DNA from: Synechococcus elongatus PCC 6301
GTDB lineage: Bacteria; Cyanobacteriota; Cyanobacteriia; Synechococcales; Synechococcaceae
Assembly: GCF_000010065.1 (NCBI RefSeq)
Contig: NC_006576.1
Coordinates: forward strand, 2,550,001-2,582,000
DNA length: 32,000 nucleotides
Direction: 5' to 3'
Shown: one piece after another, positions 16,922-25,364 of the stretch
Position numbering within the stretch: position 1 is the stretch's first letter
Layout of the letters: every line of letters begins with the position of its first letter
The notes under the pieces: model-generated
Database searches by the model: none
Seen by the model: only the letters and a program-made list of their open reading frames with translations
Told to the model about the DNA's origin: nothing
Program-made: the position numbers and the translations under genes

Positions 16922-17974
16922 CTAGCGGCCGGCGACCGCCTGCTGGACCTTGTCAGACCAGCCGCCGCCACCAAAGAACTCCGGTTGGACCTTCGCCCAG
17001 CCACCTAAATCTGCGACGGTAAACCAAGTTTGAATCTTCAGAAATGGGGCCAGCAGCTGAGGATCAACTCCCTCGGGCAGAGCTGGACGGAAACCGACTT
17101 TGGCAAACTCTGCTTGGGCTTCGGGAGTGAACAAGAACTGCACAAAGGCCTCGCTCACTTTGCGAGTACCGTGCTTATCCGTGTAGGTATCGACGACCGC
17201 TACTGGCCCCTGAATATTGATATTGACTGGCGGAATCGCGTAATCGACTTTCTCGCCTTTCTGTTGAGCCAGAATGAGTTCGTTTTCATAGTTGAGCAAA
17301 ACATCAGCTTGCCCCTTGGTGAAAACGTCAGTCGATTCCCGTGCATCTTTGGCCAAGATTGGCACGTTCTTGTAGATATCAGTCGTGAACTGAAGGGCTT
17401 GCTCTTCTGTGCCACCGGTCTGAGTGACAGAGCCCCAAGCCCCGAGGAAATTCCAGCGAGCCCCGCCAGAGGTTTTAGGATTTGCCGTCACAATCCGAAC
17501 GCCGGGCTTGGTCAGATCAGTCCAATCTTTGATGCCCTTGGGATTGCCTTCTTGGGTCACCAAAGCCACAACTGAATTGGTGATGATGCCGTTATTGGGA
17601 ACCCGTTGTTGCCAGCCAGGCTGAATTAGGCCAGCTTTCTCGATTTGGTTGATGTCGGATTCTAAGGCAAGCGCGACAACATCAGCTTCGAGGCCATCAA
17701 TAACCGCGCGGGTTTGCGAGCCTGAACCGCCATAGCTTTGGTTAAACCGCACCTCTTGGCCGGTCTTTTCTGTCCACTGAGCGGCAAATTTGGGAATGAT
17801 CTGCTCGTAGGCCGCTTGGGTGACTGCGTAGGAAACCAGCGTGACTTCAACGGGTTGACCGCTACCACCGGAAGAAGATTGATTGTTACCGCCGCAAGCT
17901 GCGATCGTGATCACAGTGGCTGTGGCCAAAGCAGCAGATTGGAGAAAGGAGCGGCGAGTCCAGGCAGTCTTCAT
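16922..17974 (-). CDS. sbpA: Sulfate-binding protein SbpA
   Basis: MKTAWTRRSFLQSAALATATVITIAACGGNNQ...VRFNQSYGGSGSQTRAVIDGLEADVVALAL...IKDWTDLTKPGVRIVTANPKTSGGARWNFLGAWG. The track start is 18001; the ATG at 17974 gives a conventional signal sequence. Confidence 0.93.
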   Translation of the reverse strand: MKTAWTRRSFLQSAALATATVITIAACGGNNQSSSGGSGQPVEVTLVSYAVTQAAYEQIIPKFAAQWTEKTGQEVRFNQSYGGSGSQTRAVIDGLEADVVALALESDINQIEKAGLIQPGWQQRVPNNGIITNSVVALVTQEGNPKGIKDWTDLTKPGVRIVTANPKTSGGARWNFLGAWGSVTQTGGTEEQALQFTTDIYKNVPILAKDARESTDVFTKGQADVLLNYENELILAQQKGEKVDYAIPPVNINIQGPVAVVDTYTDKHGTRKVSEAFVQFLFTPEAQAEFAKVGFRPALPEGVDPQLLAPFLKIQTWFTVADLGGWAKVQPEFFGGGGWSDKVQQAVAGR

Positions 17975-18191
17975 GGGTCCTTGGAGAAATGGGGCTGGCA
18001 ATCAGCTGAGACAGGGAGCAAGGGTTACAGCGGAGGAAGCAATCTACGGTATTTTTTCGGGGATACCGTAGATTTTTCACTGTGCGCAGTGTATCATGCC
18101 AGACATAAGGTGCAACTAAATTCTCCTAAATTTCCTTGTAGAAACCGGAGATTGTTGCCAGTCCGCATTGTGCGTGCCGAAGGATAAAGCT
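17975..18191. promoter_or_regulatory. Shared divergent promoter region between sbpA (minus) and cysA (plus)
   Basis: About 217 bp with no supported CDS, flanked by divergent sulfate-transport genes. Confidence 0.6.
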
Positions 18192-19208
18192 GTGGGTATC
18201 CAAGTCAGTCAGGTCAGTAAGCAGTTTGGGAGTTTCCAAGCCGTCAAGGATGTAGATCTGACGGTGGAAACCGGCAGCTTGGTTGCTCTGTTGGGGCCGT
18301 CGGGCTCGGGGAAATCCACGCTACTGCGCCTGATTGCGGGGCTAGAACAACCTGATAGCGGGCGAATTTTTTTGACTGGGCGCGATGCAACCAATGAATC
18401 GGTGCGCGATCGCCAAATCGGTTTTGTTTTCCAGCACTACGCACTGTTCAAGCATCTAACGGTGCGTAAAAACATTGCCTTTGGTTTGGAACTGCGCAAG
18501 CACACGAAGGAAAAAGTCCGGGCTCGCGTAGAAGAGTTGCTGGAACTCGTGCAGCTGACAGGGTTGGGCGATCGCTATCCATCTCAGTTGTCGGGCGGGC
18601 AGCGGCAGCGGGTTGCCTTGGCGCGGGCCTTAGCGGTTCAACCCCAAGTCTTGCTCTTGGATGAGCCCTTTGGTGCCTTGGATGCCAAGGTGCGTAAGGA
18701 CCTTCGTAGCTGGCTGCGCAAGCTGCACGACGAAGTGCACGTGACGACAGTGTTTGTTACCCACGACCAAGAAGAAGCAATGGAAGTGGCTGACCAAATT
18801 GTTGTTATGAACCACGGCAAAGTAGAACAAATTGGGTCGCCTGCGGAAATCTACGACAACCCCGCTACCCCGTTTGTGATGAGCTTTATCGGGCCAGTCA
18901 ATGTCCTACCCAACAGTTCCCACATTTTCCAAGCAGGCGGTCTAGATACGCCTCACCCAGAAGTCTTTCTGCGTCCCCACGACATCGAAATTGCGATCGA
19001 TCCGATTCCCGAAACCGTGCCGGCTCGCATCGATCGCATTGTCCATTTGGGTTGGGAAGTGCAGGCTGAAGTCCGTCTTGAGGATGGCCAAGTTTTGGTT
19101 GCCCATTTACCCCGCGATCGCTATCGGGATTTGCAACTGGAGCCAGAACAACAGGTGTTTGTACGCCCCAAACAAGCGCGATCGTTCCCGCTCAACTACT
19201 CGATTTAG
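18192..19208 (+). CDS. cysA: Sulfate ABC transporter ATP-binding protein CysA
   Basis: [18 protein letters not shown] (Walker A), [32 protein letters not shown] (signature and Walker B), [18 protein letters not shown] start at 18192 ([12 protein letters not shown]); the track extends to 18168. Confidence 0.95.
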   Translation: MGIQVSQVSKQFGSFQAVKDVDLTVETGSLVALLGPSGSGKSTLLRLIAGLEQPDSGRIFLTGRDATNESVRDRQIGFVFQHYALFKHLTVRKNIAFGLELRKHTKEKVRARVEELLELVQLTGLGDRYPSQLSGGQRQRVALARALAVQPQVLLLDEPFGALDAKVRKDLRSWLRKLHDEVHVTTVFVTHDQEEAMEVADQIVVMNHGKVEQIGSPAEIYDNPATPFVMSFIGPVNVLPNSSHIFQAGGLDTPHPEVFLRPHDIEIAIDPIPETVPARIDRIVHLGWEVQAEVRLEDGQVLVAHLPRDRYRDLQLEPEQQVFVRPKQARSFPLNYSI

Positions 19209-19289
19209 TCTGCTCAAACAGTTCATCGGAGTGCATGATCAGGCTGCGATCGCAGTGATTCCAGCAAGTCGACATTGACCTTGGCAGTG

Positions 19290-19315
19290 AACACCTCACA
19301 GCGTGTTGAGGTGTT
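19290..19315. terminator. Hairpin downstream of cysA, putative terminator
   Basis: Perfect 9-bp stem AACACCTCA (19290-19298) / TGAGGTGTT (19307-19315). Confidence 0.6.
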
Positions 19316-19376
19316 TGGGTCGAATGGTTGAACTCAAGGCGGAACGATCGCTAGTTGCTCTCCCTCACTCAAACTA

Positions 19377-19417
19377 AAGGCTGGTGTCGAATCCTGACGA
19401 TCCAACCCACCAGCCTT
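19377..19417. repeat. Long-loop inverted repeat in the cysA/psb28 convergent intergenic region
   Basis: AAGGCTGGT (19377-19385) / ACCAGCCTT (19409-19417), perfect 9 bp, 23-nt loop. Confidence 0.5.
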
Positions 19418-19459
19418 CCGTTGTTGCGAGCCGATTGGCTCCCGCACTATTTCAGGGTT

Positions 19460-19798
19460 CTAAGCTTCTGTGAAACCTAAACCGTTCGCTTCGGCATAGC
19501 GCTGCATAAACCGCATAAAGCGATCCCATTCTTCGGGGCTGCGCATCAGGTAAACCGCTTCTAGACCCGCTGGTTGACCGTTAATGAATTTGGCCTTGAC
19601 TTCCCGTGTGGCTAGCTCACCTTCATCGTCGAGCAGATACATGCCAGTGATGTCTTGGCGAACCTCGCCCACCAAAGCTTGGGGCTCATCGAAGTAGAAG
19701 GTTGCGGTGCCGTTTTGGCCATCGCGCGATCGTGTCAAACGGACATCAGGAACGACGGGTTCGTCAATTCCACGCGTGAACTGGATCGCAGCGGACAT
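19460..19798 (-). CDS. psb28: Photosystem II assembly protein Psb28
   Basis: 112 aa; [38 protein letters not shown]...[52 protein letters not shown]. Confidence 0.97.
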   Translation of the reverse strand: MSAAIQFTRGIDEPVVPDVRLTRSRDGQNGTATFYFDEPQALVGEVRQDITGMYLLDDEGELATREVKAKFINGQPAGLEAVYLMRSPEEWDRFMRFMQRYAEANGLGFTEA

Positions 19799-19980
19799 AG
19801 TAGTAGCGGGGTTTCAGAACGGTTCTCTCATCATACAAGGCCGATCCCCAGCCACCCTGTCGGGGTCCAGTGGCGGCGATCGCTTCACCCTAGGCTGTGC
19901 AAATCCCCAGCTTCCTCGCTGGCTTGCCTAGACTAGAGGCAGTGCGACTTTGCTCGCTGCTCTGCTTTCTGCGTGAACCC

Positions 19981-20439
19981 ATGACCCTGTGGTCTCGTTG
20001 TCGTCGAGCCGTTGCGCTCGTTTTGGTTACCTTGCTCTCTACTGCGCTCGTTGCCTGCGGCGGCCCCACGGCAGCGACTGTGCCGACCTACAGCGACAGC
20101 CAAATTCTGCAAATCGAAAAATCCCAAGCCAATCTGCAAGCGGTGCGCGATCGCTTTCCAGAGTTGGATCAACTGATTGCTGCTGAAAACTGGACTTTCG
20201 TCCGCAACTTCATCCGGGGCCCGCTGGGCGATGTGCGTCGAGAAACCGCGACACTCAGCCGTACTTTTCTTGATCCTGCCTTGAAAGCAGAAACTGCTGA
20301 GACGGCCCAAGCGCTGTTTAATCACCTAATCGCTTTGGATGATGCAGCCAAAGACGGGGATGTCCGTCGGGCTCGCGAGCAGTTCCAAGAAGCGATCGTG
20401 GATTTCGACGCTTTCTTGCAAGCAATCCCAACCCTCTAG
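19981..20439 (+). CDS. psbQ: Cyanobacterial PsbQ (CyanoQ) photosystem II lipoprotein
   Basis: MTLWSRCRRAVALVLVTLLSTALVACGG lipobox, then helical-bundle protein IEKSQANLQAVRDRFPELDQLIAAENWTFVRNFIRGPLGDVRRETATLSRTFL. Confidence 0.88.
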   Translation: MTLWSRCRRAVALVLVTLLSTALVACGGPTAATVPTYSDSQILQIEKSQANLQAVRDRFPELDQLIAAENWTFVRNFIRGPLGDVRRETATLSRTFLDPALKAETAETAQALFNHLIALDDAAKDGDVRRAREQFQEAIVDFDAFLQAIPTL

Positions 20440-20452
20440 GCGATCGCAGCGG

Positions 20453-21550
20453 ATGACTCCCGAGCGGTTGATCATCATCGGTGCTGGTGCGATCGGGGCT
20501 TGCTTAGCCTACGAGCTCAGTGCCGATCCGCGCTATCAGATCACCGTCATCGATCAGGCGGCTGGCCCAGCAACCGGTGCAACCGGTGCTGCTCTGGGGG
20601 TCCTGATCGGCGTCCTTTGTCAGCGCACCAAGGGCCGTTTTTGGCAGTTGCGTCAGCGCACCCTAGCTCGCTATCAAAGCTTGATTCCTGAACTAGAAGC
20701 GGCGATCGGTCAGCCCATTCCAGGCCATTCCGGTCTACTAAAGCTGGTCATGGATCCGGCGGAACGACCCGGCTGGGAGCAGCTGCAAGCGATCCGTCGC
20801 CAGCAGGGTTACGACTTGGAACTGTGGGATCCCTCTGAACTGCACGATCGCATCCCCGGTGTGGTGGCCGATCCATTCGCCCTCGCCGTCTGGTCGCCCT
20901 ACGATCGCCAGATTGATCCCACTGCGCTGACACAGGCGTTGGTGACTACGGCGCAGCAACGGGGGGTCGAGTTTTGCTTCAACCAGCCGGTGCAAAACCT
21001 GCAGCGATCGGGCGATCGTGAAATTGTCGTCAATGATCGCGCTTGTGATTGGCTGATCCTCAGTGCGGGCTTGGGCTCAACAGCGATTGCACAGCAACTC
21101 GGGCTGGAATTACCGATGCAACCCGTTATGGGACAAGCGTTGCGGATGCGCTGGCCAAATGATCGTTGGCCTCAACAGGTGATCACTGCCGAAGATATTC
21201 ACCTTGTGCCCCTGGGCGATCGCGAGTTTTGGCTCGGGGCGACGGTGGAAATTCCACCAGATCAAATTGCGATCGCGCCGCAACCGGAATACCTAGAAAT
21301 GCTGCGATCGCGGGCTGAACAATTCTGGCCCGATCTCAAGCAAGCGGAAGTGCTGCAGGCGTGGCAAGGCTATCGCCCACGCCCACTGGGGCGACCAGCG
21401 CCGGTGATTGAGCGCCTGACGGACTGGCCCAATGTGATTGTGGCGACGGCTCACTATCGCAATGGGCTGTTGCTAGCGCCGGTGACGGCTGCAATCGTCC
21501 AGGAACTGTTGGCGACTGCAGTGCCCCCGTCCAGCCCTGCCATGATCTAA
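20453..21550 (+). CDS. FAD-dependent glycine/D-amino-acid oxidase family oxidoreductase
   Basis: RLIIIGAGAIGACLAYELSADPRYQITVIDQAAGPATGATGAALG (Rossmann GxGxxG); C-terminal VIVATAHYRNGLLLAPVTAAIVQELL. Track start 20339 overlaps psbQ; ATG at 20453 preferred. Confidence 0.85.
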   Translation: MTPERLIIIGAGAIGACLAYELSADPRYQITVIDQAAGPATGATGAALGVLIGVLCQRTKGRFWQLRQRTLARYQSLIPELEAAIGQPIPGHSGLLKLVMDPAERPGWEQLQAIRRQQGYDLELWDPSELHDRIPGVVADPFALAVWSPYDRQIDPTALTQALVTTAQQRGVEFCFNQPVQNLQRSGDREIVVNDRACDWLILSAGLGSTAIAQQLGLELPMQPVMGQALRMRWPNDRWPQQVITAEDIHLVPLGDREFWLGATVEIPPDQIAIAPQPEYLEMLRSRAEQFWPDLKQAEVLQAWQGYRPRPLGRPAPVIERLTDWPNVIVATAHYRNGLLLAPVTAAIVQELLATAVPPSSPAMI

Positions 21551-21580
21551 CCTGACAGCTATCCCCCCTTAAGCACCCCG

Positions 21581-22234
21581 ATGGCCGCTGCCCTCGATCC
21601 TCAGCAATTGATTCAGCTGCCTGTGATGGGTGCGCTGCTCCGGCGAGCTGTCAGTGATGGTATTCGCTGGGCCGATCGCCTAATGGCTGAAGCCGCGGAT
21701 CCCAGTGATCGCCAGCAACTCTGCGATCGAGTTATTACCAATAGCGCCTTGCGAACAGCCGGTTGGAGCACGATCGCTGGCTTGGGTGGCCCACTGACCT
21801 TACTGGCTGGCTTGTCGTTTGATGCAGGCCAAACCCTCTACGGCCAAGTGAGGTTGGCGGCGGCGCTATTCCGTATCCATGGCGTCGAGCTGGACGATCG
21901 CCGGCATTTACCGCTGTTGATGGCTGCTGCCGCTGGCATTGGGGTCGCAGAACTTGCGGCGCTGATTGGAAGTCAGTTGATGCGTAACGCCATTCACCAA
22001 GTTCTGGGCCAGTTGTCGAAAGCGGCGATGGAACAAACCTTGACGACGCTGGGCAGTCGTCTACTGGCACGGGCGGCTGCCTCCTCTGTATCTAGCTTGA
22101 TTCCGGTGGCTGGGGCGATCGCCAGTGGCGGTGTCAGCGCAGCCTTGATGGTGGCCAGCGGCCGCAATATCCGCAATTTCCTCAGTGATTACGCCAGCCT
22201 GCAGATGGTCACCGTTGAAGTAATCGAAAGCTGA
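21581..22234 (+). CDS. Hypothetical membrane-associated protein, possibly EcsC-like
   Basis: 217 aa continuous ORF with helical Ala-rich segments (SLIPVAGAIASGGVSAALMVASGRNIRNFLSDY) reminiscent of EcsC family; assignment tentative. Confidence 0.5.
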   Translation: MAAALDPQQLIQLPVMGALLRRAVSDGIRWADRLMAEAADPSDRQQLCDRVITNSALRTAGWSTIAGLGGPLTLLAGLSFDAGQTLYGQVRLAAALFRIHGVELDDRRHLPLLMAAAAGIGVAELAALIGSQLMRNAIHQVLGQLSKAAMEQTLTTLGSRLLARAAASSVSSLIPVAGAIASGGVSAALMVASGRNIRNFLSDYASLQMVTVEVIES

Positions 22235-22283
22235 CATCAGAGCCCAAAGCGAGTGGCAGACTAGGGGCAGAGAGGATAGAACT

Positions 22284-22769
22284 ATGGCCGATCGCTACAA
22301 CCTCGAAGATGTGCAGGAAATTCTGCAGCGAGCGATCGCGCGATCGACAGCGCAAGATGAGTTCAGCGCTCAGCAGCTCCAGGAAATGGCAGCCGAATTG
22401 GGCATTTCCCCTGATGAACTCCGGGCTGCCGAGACAGATTGGCGCAGTTTGCAACTGCAGAATCAAGAGCAGACGGACTTTGATCAGCTGCGCTGGCAGC
22501 GCTGGAATGATCAGGCTATCCGGTTTTTGATTGTCAATGCTGGCCTGATTCTGCTCAACTGGGTCACCACCCAAGGGCTGGGTTGGAGTCTCTACATTTT
22601 GGTGCCTTGGACTATTGGCCTCCTCCTGAGCTTCTGGCAAACCTGGAAGCCAGCGCCCGAGGTCTACGAGAAGGAGTTCCAGTCCTGGCGACGGCAACGG
22701 CAATTACGCAAATCCCTAGGGCGGTGGATCGATCGCTGGCTCCTACCAACGCGATCGCTGAATCGATAA
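22284..22769 (+). CDS. 2TM-domain-containing protein
   Basis: 161 aa; N-terminal coiled helix (DVQEILQRAIARS...FSAQQLQEMAAELGISPDELRAAE) followed by two hydrophobic helices (FLIVNAGLILLNWVTTQ, YILVPWTIGLLLSFWQTW). Confidence 0.75.
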   Translation: MADRYNLEDVQEILQRAIARSTAQDEFSAQQLQEMAAELGISPDELRAAETDWRSLQLQNQEQTDFDQLRWQRWNDQAIRFLIVNAGLILLNWVTTQGLGWSLYILVPWTIGLLLSFWQTWKPAPEVYEKEFQSWRRQRQLRKSLGRWIDRWLLPTRSLNR

Positions 22770-22883
22770 CCTTAGCCGATGGCGATCATCACCATTTCCA
22801 ACGACTCCCTACGCTGGAATCGATAGACCAGATTCTATAATTCACCTAGAGACCGTAGAGACATATTCCTGCCAGAGGTTGCT

Positions 22884-23195
22884 ATGTCCGAAGAGACAAC
22901 GCCCCGCACTACTCGACGCAGCCGCACGGCAGCAAATCCCGAAGAAGCCCTGACACTTGCAGCCCAGCCCGTGGATCTGGAGCCTAAATCCAGCCTGCAA
23001 CTGCCCCAAAATCGGCCGATTTCGCCCTCGTCAATCGAAGTGGCTAAAACGGTTGCGATCGCGGGTCGCCGTCCGATCGCCCGTTGGGAAGCCCCCGACA
23101 ATCGCAATCTGCGCCAAGCTCCGAAGCTGTTCAATCGCCCGATCGCTTCCAATGAGCCGGAAGATGCAGCGAGCCTGATGGGTTACCTCGACTAA
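22884..23195 (+). CDS. Hypothetical cyanobacterial protein
   Basis: 103 aa, overlaps nothing, and its stop (23195) abuts the next start (23196), suggesting an operon. Confidence 0.6.
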   Translation: MSEETTPRTTRRSRTAANPEEALTLAAQPVDLEPKSSLQLPQNRPISPSSIEVAKTVAIAGRRPIARWEAPDNRNLRQAPKLFNRPIASNEPEDAASLMGYLD

Positions 23196-23861
23196 ATGGC
23201 CTCGGATTCAGCGGTTTGGCTGCGGCGTCTCCCCCTGATTGCTGGTGCGATCGGGGGGACGTTGTTGATGGTCAACCGGGCGCTTACCCCCGAGCTACTG
23301 CCCACTCAATCGCGATCAGATGCCCTCGGGATCTTGCTCAGCGCCCTGTTGATTTTGAGTGGATTGCTCTGGCAACGCGTTCAGCCCGTGCCACCTGAGA
23401 TGGTCGTGCTGGAGGGAGAAGAGGGTTTTGAACTCGATGACCAGTTGCCAGAAGCGAGCCGTCAGGAATTAGCTTGGGCGTCCAAGCTGCTATTGACCAA
23501 TACGATCACTGGCTCCCTGCTGATTTGGTACGACGGTCAGGTGCTGCTGCGGCGCGGGATTTTAGCCCCGCCGGTGCCGGTTCAGCCCGGTCCGATTGTC
23601 GAGCGCGTGCTGAAAACCGGTAAGGCCGTCTACTTGGTTGATCTCAAGCTCTATCCAGGCCGAATTGAGTTCAATTACTTGCCCGCAAATAGTCAGGGCT
23701 TGATCTGTCAGCCGTTGGGCAATCGCGGTGTGTTGCTGCTTGCTGCCCGCGCTCCCCGCAGCTACACCCAGCAGGACGAGCGTTGGATTGCGGGCATTGC
23801 CGACAAACTGGATCAATCACTGAGCCGGAGTGCCGCTGCGATCGCCGTAGAACAGCCGTAG
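23196..23861 (+). CDS. Cofactor assembly of complex C subunit B (CCB-type) protein
   Basis: 221 aa; AGAIGGTLLMVNRALTPELLPTQSRSDALGILLSALLILSGLLWQRVQP...ELAWASKLLLTNTITGSLLIWYDGQVLLRRGIL resembles cyanobacterial CCB2/CCB4 homologs. Confidence 0.7.
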   Translation: MASDSAVWLRRLPLIAGAIGGTLLMVNRALTPELLPTQSRSDALGILLSALLILSGLLWQRVQPVPPEMVVLEGEEGFELDDQLPEASRQELAWASKLLLTNTITGSLLIWYDGQVLLRRGILAPPVPVQPGPIVERVLKTGKAVYLVDLKLYPGRIEFNYLPANSQGLICQPLGNRGVLLLAARAPRSYTQQDERWIAGIADKLDQSLSRSAAAIAVEQP

Positions 23862-24563
23862 ACTTTCCAGATCGCCAACAAATCGCCAGTGCCAAGGTTC
23901 GTAGCTGACCTGCTGCAAATTATTGCGGGGAAAAGATAGCTCAAAGCTAAAACGTTTGGCATTGGCCTGAAGCCAGCGAAAGGCAGCCGTTTGCTCGAAC
24001 GTGGTTTCGAGATGGGTGGCGGGCTGATCGGCAGCGCCGATATCGATCGCATAGCCGGTGTGGTGCTCGCTATAGCCGGGCGGCGCACTGACGCTCGCGC
24101 GCTCGGTCACACTTTGATTGCGCTCGGCTTTCACATCAAAAAAAAGAGCTTCCTGATCTTTCTTGGAGCGAAAGCCTGAGAGCGGCACCAGTCGAACGCC
24201 CTCACGGGCCGCCGCCGCTTGTAACTCGTCAAAGGCTTTTGCAGCCGGCGATCGCAGACGGATGGCGGCATTGCTAGCCAAGGGCGTCAGGCTTTCAGGT
24301 GCTGCATCGGCGTAGGGGCGATGTCCCAACAAGGAGTTGGGAGTAGCAGCCGTCGACTCGGCTGGTGTTTCGACCCCTTCTGGGGTCGGAGAGGACCGCT
24401 GAACGATCGCCCAAGCGCCGATCGCGATCGCGGCAACCGCCCCTCCCACCACCCAAGGCAGGAGCCGATTCGTCCGTGCTTTGGCAGTTGGCACCTCGCT
24501 GCGGATGGCAACGGGCACGTCGTCATCGTACTGAAAACCCATAGCAGACAGGATATCGGACAA
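23817..24563 (-). CDS. VanY-type D-alanyl-D-alanine carboxypeptidase
   Basis: 248 aa; N-terminal TM helix; LVPLSGFRSKKDQEALFF...SAPPGYSEHHTGYAIDIG...VSYEPWHWRFVGD are the Zn/catalytic motifs. Confidence 0.93.
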   Translation of the reverse strand: MSDILSAMGFQYDDDVPVAIRSEVPTAKARTNRLLPWVVGGAVAAIAIGAWAIVQRSSPTPEGVETPAESTAATPNSLLGHRPYADAAPESLTPLASNAAIRLRSPAAKAFDELQAAAAREGVRLVPLSGFRSKKDQEALFFDVKAERNQSVTERASVSAPPGYSEHHTGYAIDIGAADQPATHLETTFEQTAAFRWLQANAKRFSFELSFPRNNLQQVSYEPWHWRFVGDLESLRLFYGDRSGTPAQ

Positions 24564-24602
24564 TCTGCTGAGCGGCTCTGTTTAGCTGAAGTTGTCGGTT
24601 AC

Positions 24603-25214
24603 CTAGAGCTTCGGGCAAATTTGGCTGGTTGACGGTTGCGGTAAGTCGAGGGCCCGGTTAAGTTGCAAGACGTTAATTCCTGTACCGCCGATCAGGCCGA
24701 AAACCCGGCGATCGCGGTAGCACTCGACGAGTTCGGCAATCACTTCGGGCGATCGCTGGCGAGCGGCGGCCACACGAGCAACCTGGGCTTGAGCCGCCGC
24801 CGAGGAGATATGGGGATCGAGCCCCGAGGCGGAGCTGTAGAGTAAATCGCTGGGAATTGACGACAATCCTGCTGCCTGCAACCGTCGAGCTTCTGCAGCA
24901 ATGCGATCGCGCAGCTGTGGATTGGTGGGTCCGAGGTGTTGGTTGCCGGAGATGCCAGTCTGTCGATCGGCAGGATCGGTGGCGTAGGCGATCGCACTGG
25001 GGCGTCCCCAGAAATAGCGATCGCTCTGGAAGGGCTGACCGATCAGTTGCGAGCCGACCACCGTTCCTTGGGCATCGGTCAGCAAACTGCCATTGGCTTG
25101 GAATGGGAAGACGAGTTGGCCAATCACGAACAGAACCAAGGGATAGATCACCGCAGTCAGTAGCCAGAAAACTAGGGTGATTCGCAGGGCTGGACGGAAG
25201 TTGCGCAGCAGCAT
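24603..25214 (-). CDS. kdpC: K+-transporting ATPase subunit C
   Basis: 203 aa; RPALRITLVFWLLTAVIYPLVLFVIGQLVFPFQANGSL...VGSQLIGQPFQSDRYFWGRPSA...HLGPTNPQL...ASGLDPHISSAAAQAQVARVAAAR. Confidence 0.97.
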   Translation of the reverse strand: MLLRNFRPALRITLVFWLLTAVIYPLVLFVIGQLVFPFQANGSLLTDAQGTVVGSQLIGQPFQSDRYFWGRPSAIAYATDPADRQTGISGNQHLGPTNPQLRDRIAAEARRLQAAGLSSIPSDLLYSSASGLDPHISSAAAQAQVARVAAARQRSPEVIAELVECYRDRRVFGLIGGTGINVLQLNRALDLPQPSTSQICPKL

Positions 25215-25216
25215 GA

Positions 25217-25363
25217 CTAGAACTTCTCGGGATAGAACATCACGTAGAACAGGTAGGCCGAGAGGGCACAGATGCCGGTCAGCAGGGCGACCTTGGGGCC
25301 AGCTGAGCTAGAACTTACGACAGCCAGCCAGAGGGTGAGGGGCTGATCCAGATGGAGGGTCAT
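25217..25363 (-). CDS. KdpF-like small membrane protein (48 aa), absent from the supplied ORF track
   Basis: Hand translation: MTLHLDQPLTLWLAVVSSSSAGPKVALLTGICALSAYLFYVMFYPEKF*. The C-terminal single TM plus YLFYVMFYPEKF matches the KdpF pattern YLxYxLxxPExF; fills the kdpB-kdpC gap exactly. Confidence 0.85.
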   Translation of the reverse strand: MTLHLDQPLTLWLAVVSSSSAGPKVALLTGICALSAYLFYVMFYPEKF

Positions 25364-25364
25364 G

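Noticed and set aside
17030-17575. 181-aa plus-strand ORF antisense to sbpA
   Set aside because: Fully antisense to a strongly supported gene; no domain-like pattern and the translation reads as reversed codon bias.
11277-18001. Sulfate transporter cluster as a previously undescribed system
   Set aside because: The core cluster (cysA, sbpA, cysT, orf81, cysR, cysW, rhodanese) corresponds to a known sulfur-regulated S. elongatus locus; only specific aspects (second set, NIL protein role, small ORF, YeeE split) are kept as findings.
19377-19417. Possible tRNA suggested by GTGTCGAATCCTGACGATCC
   Set aside because: T-arm-like word only; no acceptor stem, D-arm or anticodon arm could be assembled around it.
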